From Narcine bancroftii (taxonomy: Eukaryota): DNA of 64,000 nucleotides. Positions 52,860-64,000 of the stretch are shown here, piece by piece. The stretch lies in contig NC_091480.1 of NCBI RefSeq assembly GCF_036971445.1, positions 31,744,001-31,808,000 on the forward strand, written 5' to 3'. A program made the translations under genes and the position numbers. Numbering within the stretch: position 1 is the first letter of the stretch; the number at the start of each line of letters is the position of its first letter. Below the pieces are notes generated by a model that was not told where the DNA came from, searched no databases, and saw only the letters and a program-made list of their open reading frames with translations.

Positions 52860-54260
52860 ACCACAGGACCATAAGACATAGGAACAGAAATAGGCTATTC
52901 AGCCCATCAAGTCTGCCCCATCATTCTATCATGAGCTGATCTTTGTTCCTAATCAGCTCCACTGCCTGGCCATCTCCCCGTAACCTTTGATGCCCTGGCT
53001 AATCAAGAACCCATTAATCTCTCCCTTAAATACAGCCAATAACTTGGTCCCCACTTCCTCCTGAGGCAACAAATTCCAGATTTACCTCCCTCAGGCTAAA
53101 TAAAATTTTCTTCATCTCTGTTCTAAGTGGACAGTCTGCAATCCTGAAATTGTGCCCTCTCATCCTAGATTCTCCCACCATGGTAAACAAACTTTCTACA
53201 TCTACTCTGTCTATGCTCTTCAACTCGAAAGGTTTCAGTGTTCCTCCCTCATAAATCCCAACAAGGACAGTCCAAGACTTGTCAAACATTCCTCATATGA
53301 AACCTTTTCAATCCCAGAATCATCCTTGTGAACCTCCTCTGAACCCTCTCCAACATCAGCACATTCTTTCTTAAATGAGAAGCCCAAAACTGTTCACAAT
53401 ACTCCAAGTGACTTACCACAGTGCCTTAATATCACATCCCTGCTCTGATGCTCTATTCCTCTTGAAATGAATGCAAGAATTGCATTCTTCACCACTGACT
53501 CAACCTACAAGTTTATTACCTTCAGGCTATCCTGCACGAGGACTCCCAGGTCTCTTTGTATCTGGGTATTTTCAATTTTCTCCCATTCAGAAAATAGTTT
53601 GCCCATTTTATTCTTTCCACCCAACTGCATGACCGTACACTTTTCAACATTATATTTCATTTGTCATTTCTCTGCCCATTCTCCTAATATATCCAAGTCT
53701 TTCTGTTGCCTCCCTTTTCCTGAATGTGTGCTGCACCTCCATCATCTTTGTATCATCTGCAAACAAAGCCATTCATTCCATAATCTAAATCATTAATATC
53801 TAACATAAAATGGATCAGACCCAACACTGACCCCTACGGAACACCACCAGCAACTGGCAGCTGACTAGAATATGATCCTTGTATTCCAACGCTTTGCTTC
53901 CTGCCAATCAGCCAATGCTCTACCCTTGCTATAGGTTTCCTGTTATACCATTGGCTTTTATCTCGAGTAGCCTCATGTGTGACACTTTGTCAAAGACCTT
54001 CTGAAAAATCAAAATACACAATATCCACTGCATCTCCTTTATCTAGTCTACCAATCACTTCTTCAAAGAATTTCAATAGGTTTGTCAAGTAAGATTTTCC
54101 ATTAAGGAAAGCATGCTGGCTTTAGCCCATCTTGTCATGTGCTTCCAAGTACTCTGTTACCTCATCCTTGACAATAGACTCCACATCTTCACAACCACTG
54201 ATGTCAAGGTAACCAATCTACAATTTCCTTTTTGTCTCGCTCCCTTCTTGAATAGTAGAG
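52860..54260 (-). mobile_element. CR1 LINE RT to 3' end
   Basis: IDRVDVESLF..ESRMRGHN; GVP.GSVLG remnant at ~53820; related to 40390-41250. Confidence 0.88.
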
Positions 54261-55204
54261 TGAAGAAACACGATACAAAATTTCAAAGCAGGAAACACAG
54301 TAATATTGTACACGAGAAGTTTGAAAATCTGGACTGCTTGGGGATTGGGCAGTACTTTTAAAATTCAAATTTATGGAGGTATAAAGAAGAACAGATAAAT
54401 TTTGTTAATTTATTAGCAAATACAGCATGATTCATTTATCAAAATGAGCAGTTATAAAGAAAAATAAAGTGGTCGCTTGTTGCCTTTGTGGCACTTGTGC
54501 ATCATTTTTCGAAAAGTGTCCAAATTCTCGGGTTATCCAGATTTCTGGAATCCAGATTTTTGGACTTCTACTGTAACTTGACCAGCTTGCACTTGGCATA
54601 TATTTTGTATTTTCATTGTAATTTGTAATTTCATTGTATTTTCATTCTAATAGAAACAAAAAATAGCCACAAATAGAAGCCTTCTCACTTTCAATTTGAC
54701 TTTTCTAGCTCAAAGTAGGTTACATTATTTACACTTTATTTGCCATTGCTAAATTAACAAATGTGTGCAATAGAAATTGGAATTTTTTTTTGCCCAAGAT
54801 TGAGACGTAGAGCACTCACCTGCAAATCTTCATGCTGTGACATACATTTTCAGAAAAGAGTGATACAGAATATTTTAAATATTTTCCCTCAATGCATAAT
54901 AGGCCAGTATATAATTTAGCAAACTATGGATGGTGATTATACTGCCTTCAAATTATATAAAACAGAAAGTAGAAAGTCAGTTTGTAAGAACACCAAAGAA
55001 AAGGATATTGTTTACTCACTATTGATAATATTCATGATTCTGAAATTCAATGCACAAATAGCCAGCTTAATTTAATTATTGAAAAGTCTGGATGAATCGT
55101 AATCCAAATAAGATGAAGGCATCAAGTTAACAGCAAACAGTGATGCAGAAATCTGAGCTTCAGCAGAAAGTAGAACAAAAATGCCACACACAGCTACAAC
55201 TTGC

Positions 55205-55315
55205 CTTCATTTACACAAGATCCATTGTTGGTGTTGTTAGAATCCTTGAACACAAACATCACATCTGTAACTTTGTCTTTGTTCGCATCCCACAGAGTGA
55301 GAAAAGGGAAAGTAA
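55205..55315 (-). CDS. FAM234A: FAM234A coding exon 2 (GC donor)
   Basis: ttttag|TTACT...GAAG|gcaagt; (V)TFPFLTLWDANKDKVTDVMFVFKD...SCVNE; 111 nt keeps the frame only with the GC donor. Confidence 0.9.
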
Positions 55316-55569
55316 CTAAAATAAATGCAAATGATAAAATTTTTAGGCTTCAAATGCTATTTCTCTTTAATGAATTCAAGCTTTCTTGCACCTTCTAAAA
55401 TATCAGAAACTCATCAACTACTTTTAGAATACATGCCAATGAACCAATATCTTGTCTATAAAAACAAGCAAAATTTCAAAAGTAAACCAATCTATATTGA
55501 TCTTATCAGTTTACTTAATTTAACAATTATCTAAGGCAATGGCACGTGAAAGAACACATTTAATATTAC

Positions 55570-55849
55570 CAGCGTTTTCAAAAGTTCTGATCCACGTCCT
55601 TTGAGTTGAAGGCCTCACTGGGCAAGGAATTATGAAGGAAAATGCAAATACCACAATTAGGCATAAAAATAACACCAAGAAAAAGGCAGCAGTTCTCCAA
55701 TGAGAAAACTGTCCAAATTTTGTAAACTTCTTGAACTTCATTTCTTTGGGATTGCCACCAGCTTCATTCAAGTCTCGAGTTCTGACTTCTTCATTTTTCA
55801 GAGGATGTATCTCTGCCTCCAAATCTTTGTTTTCTGTCATATTCCCCAT
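55570..55849 (-). CDS. FAM234A: FAM234A first coding exon (exon 55570-55930; start at 55849 or 55840)
   Basis: MGNMTENKDLEAEIHPLKNEE...WRTAAFFLVLFLCLIVVFAFSFIIPCPVRP (type II TM segment); matches the FAM234A N-terminus KDLEAEIHPLKNEE; acceptor ttacag at 55931, donor G|gtaata. Confidence 0.96.
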
Positions 55850-56399
55850 CTATAATCACAATATTTCTTGCTCAGCACAAACTTTTTTTCTCCTCTTTCA
55901 GCGACTCTTCTCAATTTGCCAGTGTTCTTCCTGTAAAGGTTTAAGATGGGATTTAGAAATGAGAAAACTTCTAAACATTTGTTACTGCAAATGTCAGTTA
56001 AAAGATTATCCATTCAGCAGAACTAATAACTTTCCATTTGCTCATCACATTGCTTGTAATAAAGAACTTCCGGAGGATACAATTACCAATCCTAAACAAC
56101 CACAATTTTATAAAACTCAGCAAGAGAGAGGAAGGAAAATTACACAAGGCTGAACAAAATGTGCACACTTGTACCACTGCTACAACATAAAAGCATATTA
56201 CATTATCACACAAATACTTTATTACAGAAGTATTAAAAATTTCCCACTTAGCCCAAACCAATCCAGGGAGGAATGTTTTTTTTTTAAAAAAATGTTGATC
56301 CACGGGGCTTTCTTTCCCTTGTTTAGAATTAAAAATTAAGGATGTACTTACTGGCTTTGGAGGCAGCACAGAGGAGGTCGAACAGGTTGAAACCAGGGA

Positions 56400-56868
56400 T
56401 GAAGGGGTTGGCCCATGAGGAGGGATTGAGTATCTGGGACTGTACTAGCTGGAATTTAGAAGAATGAAAGGGATACATCTTCTAGAAATATTTTTTTTTA
56501 AATCATGAAAAGCATAGATAAGATTGATGTAGGCAAGTTGTTTCCATTGGTGGGAGAGACCAGAACTAGGGGACATAGCTTCACAATTCAGGGTAATAAA
56601 TTTAGGACAGAGATGAGGAAGAACTGCTTTTCCCCAGAGGGTTAGGGTTAGGAATTCACTGCCCATTGAAGCAGTGGAGATAACCTCAGTACTGTAAATA
56701 TATTTAAGGTTAGATAAATTTCTACAGAGCAAGGAAATTAAGGGATATGGGGAAAAGAAAGGTAGGTGGAATGAGCCCATCATTAGATCAGCCAAGCTCA
56801 CATTGAATGGCAGAGTAGGTTTGATGGGCTGGATGGTCTACTCCTCTTCCTATTTCTTATGTTCTTAT
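56400..56868 (+). mobile_element. CR1 LINE 3' end
   Basis: LGLY.LEFRRM remnant and tail CTCCT..TATTTCTTATGTTCTTAT. Confidence 0.85.
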
Positions 56869-57194
56869 TGTCAGATTCTTGACTTTCAGAAGAGCAAAGT
56901 AAAAATGGTTTGGTGCTGAGGTATAAGAGTGGTCAACAGACCATGCAGCAGCTCTGGCACCAGCAAGCGAACCAGTGGACAAGCGGCAAGGGCAGTGCAA
57001 AGGGCAGCAACCCCAAAATGGTGCCGGCTACGCTGCACAGCCAGCAGACAGGAACAGCAAGCGGGGAAGCGGGTCGTTGAGTTAGCCAATGAACGAGAGA
57101 GGTTTAAAAGTCGGGCTTGAGCACCAATAAAACAGAGAGCTTAACCTGACTACATTCGTGAGTGTGTCTTTCTTTCGAGTAGCACGCAGCTACA
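56869..57194 (+). mobile_element. LTR-like fragment
   Basis: TTTAAAA box, AATAAA at ~57126, ends GCTACA; no TSD found. Confidence 0.5.
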
Positions 57195-58250
57195 ATACAA
57201 AAATGACAGGGGATGTGTTCATATTGATTGAAGGTTTCGTGGAGTATATTCACAGTTTATTTTGGGCCTTGCACTACACAAACAATTAAGATTGACAATG
57301 TTTGCAGTAAACTAGCCTTCAAGAACTCAAACCATAGCATCATGGAATTTCATAGCAAGTTTGGGAGAATTCTTCAATTCTGAAACTAGGATATACAGTA
57401 CAAATTAAAAGAAACAACAACAAAAAAAATCACCATCTTTACAATTATTCCCACACATGTGCAATAGCAAATGTCACCTCACTGTACAAAAAAGGATTAA
57501 ATTTTAGACATACAGCAGGCCCTTTCAGCCCACAAGCCCACACTCAATTGACCTACATCCTTGGTATGTTTTGAAGGGTGGGAGGAAACCGGAGCCCCTG
57601 GATAAAAGCCATGCAGACACGGTGAGAACCCTAACCCTAACCCTAGACACCACAGGATACATTGACCAGTTAGCTTGATTCGAGTAGTAAGAAAAATGCT
57701 ATGGTTTTTTTTTGGAAAAGAATGTTGTGCTAACCTGCTGAGGCCACTTAGCTTCTTGTCATTTGCACTACCAAAAGCATTTACCCAGTGACATTGTGAA
57801 GAGAAAACTATATTTGGCAAATCTTTTATAATTTTCTGATGTAACAATGGATGTAGTGTATTTAGATTGGCAAAATTTATTTCTTTAGCTGCCATTGGGT
57901 TGGCATAGATTGAGAATTGGAGAGAGCAGAACCAAATAAGAAAGAGCAAGTTATTGAATTTTGGAGATTTGGATGCTGAGTCCTGCCAGATGCAACATGG
58001 CCAGACAAAAGATTTATAGTTCTCAAGCTTTCATTGCAAAAAGAGCATGAAAGCCAGACAGAGACCTGAGTGGGATGAGAACGCAAGTGGCAGGCTACTA
58101 GAAAATCTGGGTCAGATTTCTTGTTAGAGCATGTACAAACCTGAAATTTCTTTTTCCTGGTGGGCAAGCAGAATTACCACTAATTGGCGGTGCAAAAAAA
58201 TGTACACAGCATAAATAACGAATGTAAACAAACCAACTGTTCAATACGGA

Positions 58251-59933
58251 AGCTCCTTTCACACTAGCACTTAAACACAGTAATTAACTGCCAATCTACC
58301 AGTTCACCTGCCAATGTGAACACTCCCGAACCAGTAAAGAGGGAGGCCAAATCGCCCTGGGGAATAAATCACCTAGGTAGTTGTATCATTGCAATTCATT
58401 TTGAACCAGCGTACTGGGTCACCTAATGTGAATGGGGCACCCGATATGCTGGGTCCAATTAGTGACCATTCTAGTGTGCAGGAACATGAAGGAAACAAAA
58501 GATCTTCCTCCAACACCAGTTTAAAAAGGTTAAATTTTGTATTCAACTTACTGAATTTGCAATCCCAATCAATGGATTATGACCTTGTGAACAAAAGAGC
58601 ATGGGAGAATACGCGCACAACTCAATAAAGCACAATTTATAGTAAGCGTGGGAAAGTCACAGTGGGGATGAAATACATGGAGACACAACGAAGTGGGTAC
58701 ATACAACAATCAAGGATTGACTATCCAGATAGAGAGATATTTCTAAGAAAGACAGAGGGAAGGGAGAGAAAGATGGAGAGAGAGAGAGAGAAAGGATAGG
58801 GAGAGAAGAGGAAGAGAGAGATAAAAAACAGAGAACGTGCAAGCAAGTTGCTTCATTACACGTGGCCACCACCATATTGTCCTGGGTAAACTTGCACCTC
58901 TCACTTTATTCATTTTAGATTGGTCACAGTGTTCGAGCTACCGAAAAGAAAATAGACACACACACCGAGAGCAGTTCAGTTTATACAAATGTTTATTATA
59001 AATTCAAAAGCTGATTTCAATTTACAATATGCAAGCCCTTCCCAATTATACTTATCAACGCCTGGTCCCAACTGCCGAAGCGAGGCTTGTAGTAGGTTGT
59101 CGGGGTGCCGGTAGCAGCTTCTCCACCTCCCCCGACTGGGACATTATCTGGACTCTAGAAGTTCTTCTTGCTAAGAGACGTTTCCACCCCTCAGAGAGTC
59201 TTCACTTCAGCAATGGGACCATGGCTTATATTACCCAAAAAATTGTTTACTCATAGCTTATCTCTTTGAATAAATGATTTAATTATCTTCAAGGTCTCCT
59301 GACAGTCTGCAGCCAACAAAAGACAACTGCATCTCTGGGCCCCATGGTGGAATTTAGAGTGTCTACTAATTCATATGCATCCCTGGGCCTCATAGTGTAA
59401 ATTAGATTATGTCTTCTGGATTCAACTGCATCCTGGGTCCCATGGTGGAATTTAGATTATGTCTTCTGATGGATCTGCATCCCTTCTTGCATCAGCTGGT
59501 CTAGGGCCCCATTACATATCTAAACATTAGCAACTTATGCTGCTGAATTTGGGTCCTTTTCCTATTGGATGAAGACCTTGCTCTGTCAAGTTTTTGTGGA
59601 AGATCTTGTGCAATGGTCATGTTTCGTTGAACGAAACTACACTTTAAATTTAAAAACTTTCCTTTAAAGACCACATGTTCCAGTGTTCTTTGGCATAATA
59701 AAAGGGCTGTATGCATGGAGCACTCATGGAGGGATTTCTCTGTCACATGGAATTCTGCGAGGGCAGGTCCACCATCGCTCGATGTGTCACTCAGGGCATC
59801 GCCTCTGGAAGATTGACACCACTTTGCTCTGCGCTTCCAGGTAGGCAGTGTGAAAGGGCGCACAGAACCATTTTTTCTTGGTTCAATGGTTCAATCGCCT
59901 GCCAATTTAGCGGTTTGCCAGTGTGAAAGGGCC
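58251..59933. mobile_element. Harbinger-like non-autonomous element containing a minus-strand LTR-like insert (~58930-59516)
   Basis: TIR-like CTCCTTTCACACT / AGTGTGAAAGGGCC with subterminal GTGTGAA repeats; insert bounded by TGTT...TACA, with AATAAA on the minus strand and three internal repeats at 59330-59470. Confidence 0.55.
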
Positions 59934-60179
59934 ATGAGAACAAAGAAAATCAATCAATAAAGTGCACAAGTAAACCTGCAGACGCACCTCAAAGCATCTA
60001 CCTTACCTGTAGCAAAAAAAAAATTGCCTGAGTAATTCAGCATCTTAAGCAGCAAGTGTGGATGTAGACAGATAGTCAATATTTCAGGACCTAGGCAAGG
60101 GACTGAGACCTCCTCTACCATCCATACTATTGGCAAATGTAGACATTAGAAAATAAAATTGACCATCTCAGGGCAAAAT

Positions 60180-61420
60180 TGCTTTATCAGAGACAGGGAA
60201 GACAAATTTCAGTTGTTTGCTACACTGAGACCTGGCTAAAAGAGAACACATCGGATGCTGCGATCTGTCCATAGGATTTCACCTTTCACTGACTGGATCA
60301 GAACTTGGATTCTGGCAACGTGAGAGGGGGCGTGTGTTTTTTAGTTAATGTCAGCTGGCACCTGGATGTTGGGGGTCACGTCGACCTCCTGCCACACAGC
60401 CTTAGAGCAAATCTTCATTAAATGCAGATCCTTGTACATACGCTGAGTATTTTCATCAGTGATTTTCACCAGTGCTTATATCCCTCATGATGCTGCTTAC
60501 AAACAGGCACTTGTACGAGGTGGTCACTAAACAAGAAACAGCCTTCCAGGATGCATACAAATCACAGTCAGTGACTTTAACCAGACTTACCTCAAGAAAA
60601 CCATGTCCAATTACTGCCCACAAACTGCTGAACCAGAGGTCCAAGCATACTTGGACTAAGGAAGGCCAACCGTTCTTTCCCAAGATCGCATTTTGGCGTC
60701 AGATTACCTGGTTGTGCTCCTTCTATTTTCATACAGACAGAGCCTATAAAGAGAGGGTCCAGAGAGCAAAATGGCCAGAAGGTCATTGCTGGAGGCTAAA
60801 GAACAGTTACAGGACTGCCTTAAGTCAGGGGATTGGTCAGTGTTCACAAAATCATCTGAGTGATAACATCAGGGCCGAAACAGCTGTGAACGAGTGTGTC
60901 CTCTCCAAGTCGTTCAGGGTTTTCTCCAACCAGAAGCCCTGGATGAACAGTGAAATCCAGAACCTGTGGAGTGCCAGATCACAGGCATTTAAGTCCAGAA
61001 ACTACACAAAAAGCAGGTACAACCTTCAAAAAGCCATCTCCCAGCAAAGTAAGAATGTAAACAACGAAGCTGTGCAGGGCCTAAATGACAAAACCTGCTA
61101 CAAAACCAAATCCGGTGCAATAGGAGACAGCAAAGCTTCCCTCTCAGATGAACACAATGCCTTCTACACCCGATTTGATTACCAGAACAAGGAAGATACA
61201 ATGCGCACCCTATATCCTCTGATAATCCTATGCTATCAATATCCAAGGATGATGTGTGGCCTAACTTCAGGAGAGTGAATTCACAGAAAGCATCGAGATG
61301 GAGTATCTGGCTGAGTATTAAAAATTTGTGCTGATCAACTTCCCAATGTATTTACAGATTTCTTCAACATCTCACTCTGGCAGGGCATGGTATCCACCTG
61401 TTTCAAACAGGCCTCAATCA
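60180..61420 (+). mobile_element. Rex1/Babar LINE, heavily degraded
   Basis: FSNQKPWMNSEIQNL, RYNLQKAIS, LSDEHNAFYTRFD; related to 32620-34895. Confidence 0.85.
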
Positions 61421-61564
61421 AGAAGAGTCAGATTCCTAGTTCAGATTTATTATCATAGAGTACACACATCAAATATAACCATGAGATTCTTTATCTTGCA
61501 GGCCAGGCAGGATTTCTGCAGTGCAAAAATCTATACTATACTCGAAAAGATACGTATACAAAAG

Positions 61565-62297
61565 TGTTACAAGTCCAGAGGACCCCAAAACCCAGCAGCA
61601 ATAGAAATTCACCAAGCAAATGGTTACTTAAACAAAAGTTGCTTTTAATTTTCTTTAAACATAAAAGCAGGATCAAACTTTAACTTATTACTATTAACTT
61701 AACCCCACTCTAATTCTAAGTCCACGTGTATGTAATGTGTATATGTTCTGAAAATTTTTCTGATTCACAGTCCAATCTCACTCCTCCAAGTTTACCGGTT
61801 TCAGGCAATTCAGGTGCAGAATTTAATATTTACGAATTTTCACCAGGGTCTGGTGCTTAGAGATAAATGGTTACCACTCAAGAAAGTTCTCGGTTTCAGA
61901 GAGAGATTTGCTGCTCGTTGGACACACACAAACTCTGACCAGCCACTTCAGTGTCTTGCCAAAGAAACTTGCCCCATCATGGGTTTTCCAAATGATAACC
62001 TCTCCTTCCAGGTCACTCTTATTTAGGAGAAACACTCTAGCCAGCTATTTCCTCTTGTAAGGACTACAAGGGTTCTCAACAGGCTGAACTCCAAACTCAC
62101 AACCCATTTTGAAAATGGGAATTTCAACGTGCCTGCCAGCCCCCAAAAGCTACTGCAGAACTATTAAACGTCTCCCTCTCCAAATAATCATTTTTTTTTC
62201 TCTCTCTGTTTGCAAAATCACATGACCCCTCTTCAAACAACAAACTGCAACCAGACACTCCAATTACTGCATCTGCAGTCACTTATTTCTGGGTCAC
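61565..62297 (-). mobile_element. LTR-like element
   Basis: Begins TGTTAC; shares a 24-mer with the 16690 element; boundaries approximate. Confidence 0.5.
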
Positions 62298-62899
62298 CCA
62301 ATCTGTATTTGGTTTTTGAGTGCTGAGATGGTAGGCATAAAATATAGTCACGTCTTTCATGTGTTTTTGTTTTCAAATTGACATATCCTGCCTGACTGGA
62401 CATGTGCTGCCACGTTAGTTGGATAAAGGTGATTAACATCCACATTTCAACACTCTGTCACAGAAATTCTCTTTGCCTTCCACCTTCCCTTCAGACCATG
62501 CTCGCACAGCAAAAGACGAGATCTCCACGACCACAAAGCATATTTACCTCCCCAAGTAACCAGATTTCTCGCTGCAAAACCTTGAAGCATTTCAACCCAA
62601 AGCATTCACGGTTTCTTTTCTCCCCCACGACATGCTGAGTTCTTCCATGCTCCTTGACGTGCTGAGTATTTCCCCAGTCTCTCTGTGTTTTTAACTACAA
62701 TCACAATGTCTTGCAGACCTTTCACCATCCCCCCCCCCCGCACCCCCAAACACCACCACCCACCACCCCAGGAATCAACAGTTATGAAATGTCAGCAAAA
62801 TAAAATCAGCTTTCTCCAAACCCGAAGACACTGCGAACAAAGCAGCATTTTTTTTTAAGTGATAACCAACCATCCCTCGACATAAATATTTAAACAAAC

Positions 62900-63248
62900 C
62901 CTTACTACAAGGACCAACCGCCCACCGAGGCAGCCTCCAAGGGGCAGCCGCGCACGCCTCCCGACGTCACATCCGCCTCACCACCTCAGCGCTGGTTCCG
63001 CGGGGCTCGCTGGGTATTGTAGTCCCGCTCCCGCGGGCGGCGCGCAACCCTCACCCCAGGCAGACTCCAACTCCCGACAAGCCCTCGCGCTTCGGTCGTC
63101 GTGCGAATACCGGAAGGTCGGTCGGTCGGTCGGTCCGTTACCGAGGGAGAGCGCCGATTAGGCCTCGAATTCACGGCGCAGTGTTTCCGATATTTATGCA
63201 CGTAGTCTATTTATCTCACAGTTAGCAAACTAATCTTGAAGCGATAAA
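62900..63248. promoter_or_regulatory. Bidirectional CpG-island promoter of FAM234A and the LUC7-like gene
   Basis: CpG-dense; ZNF143/THAP11-type GACTACAATACCCAGC on the minus strand (~63009-63024); CRE-like GACGTCA 62963-62969; ETS CCGGAAG ~63110; candidate FAM234A exon-1 donor gtaagg at 62905. Confidence 0.8.
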
Positions 63249-63309
63249 ATGTCTGCTCAAGCTCAAATGAGAGCGATGTTGGACCAGTTAATGGGCACAT
63301 CCAGAGACG
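63249..63309 (+). CDS. LUC7L: LUC7-like U1 snRNP-associated splicing factor, coding exon 1 (gene continues beyond the window)
   Basis: ATG..MSAQAQMRAMLDQLMGTSRD + G|gtaagt; 61 nt; head-to-head with FAM234A, as LUC7L is in mammals. Confidence 0.93.
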
Positions 63310-64000
63310 GTAAGTACGGTGGGAGTCGGTTCTCTCGCCTGTCGTTCCTTGAGCTGTTTCTTTTTTTTTCCGGGTTCTGTTTTCTCTCAAAAATCAATGA
63401 ATTCGGTTTAAAATATATATAAAGCCCGTCGAGTTCGTCGCTAATGAAGAGGAAAATAGGCAACAGTACCCAAAGTGCTCTTCACTCGAGACGGAAGGCG
63501 GTCGGGGCTCACAGTCGGAACTGACCCGCACTAGTGTGCGGTCGGAGGCCACATGGAGCGGCTGCTGCCTCGTAGGCCCCTCTCCCTTTAGTGCTGGTGA
63601 AACTGGGCCGTGCCAGGACACGGTTGCAATTAATCACGAGCCATGCATTGAATTCGGAGTAACTTGCTCCGAAGAGAAAGTGGAACCAAGGGGGGCAGGC
63701 TCAACTCGCACTTTGCTTTTAGAAAATAGAAGCCCAATGGCTGGAAAGACTCATTACACTGGGAAGAGAGAGAGAGAAAAAAAACAGAGCTCATGTTTCA
63801 AAATGGATGATTTCACCCCCCCCCCACCCCCCCATCAGCAATTGGGGGGGGGGGGGGGGGAGAAAACTTTTTTTCACTCTTCCTGGTTCACCCAAATCTC
63901 TTTCTCCTTCCCTTGATGCTGACTGATTTTTACCAGCAGTTATTTTAGATTTCCGTCATCTGCAGGGTTTCTTCCACCCCACTTGTTAAAATATTGTAAG

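Noticed and set aside
57627-57646. (CCCTAA)3 interstitial telomeric repeat
   Set aside because: Only three units at a SINE edge; too short to interpret
60472-61278. 268-aa ORF as a host gene
   Set aside because: Frame-shuffled Rex1/Babar LINE remnant (NQKPWM motif)

Overview
Repeat-rich vertebrate genomic DNA. The repeat complement (abundant CR1, Penelope, Rex1/Babar, RTE, V-SINE-like elements) suggests a cartilaginous fish; this is inference. Three genes are supported by exon translations and splice sites. (1) A COX6B-family gene (COX6B2-like) on the minus strand, with coding exons at 7276-7381 and 2504-2604, a probable non-coding exon 1 at ~9498-9590, and a last exon I could not find in the window. 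(2) A complete FAM234A (ITFG3) on the minus strand: 11 coding exons from 55849 to 26461, 1716 nt, 571 aa, including a GC-AG intron. (3) Coding exon 1 of a LUC7-like gene on the plus strand (63249-63309), head-to-head with FAM234A across a CpG-island promoter carrying a ZNF143/THAP11 motif. The rest is LINE, LTR and DNA-transposon debris. The most unusual structure is the COX6B promoter. It sits between a C-rich minisatellite and a G-rich minisatellite, giving a sharp GC-skew switch, and is followed by a unique CpG-rich block with two overlapping open frames and splice signals on both strands. A 23-nt exact copy of the promoter core also lies 3.8 kb away inside a CR1 element. I found no clear-cut novel multi-gene system.
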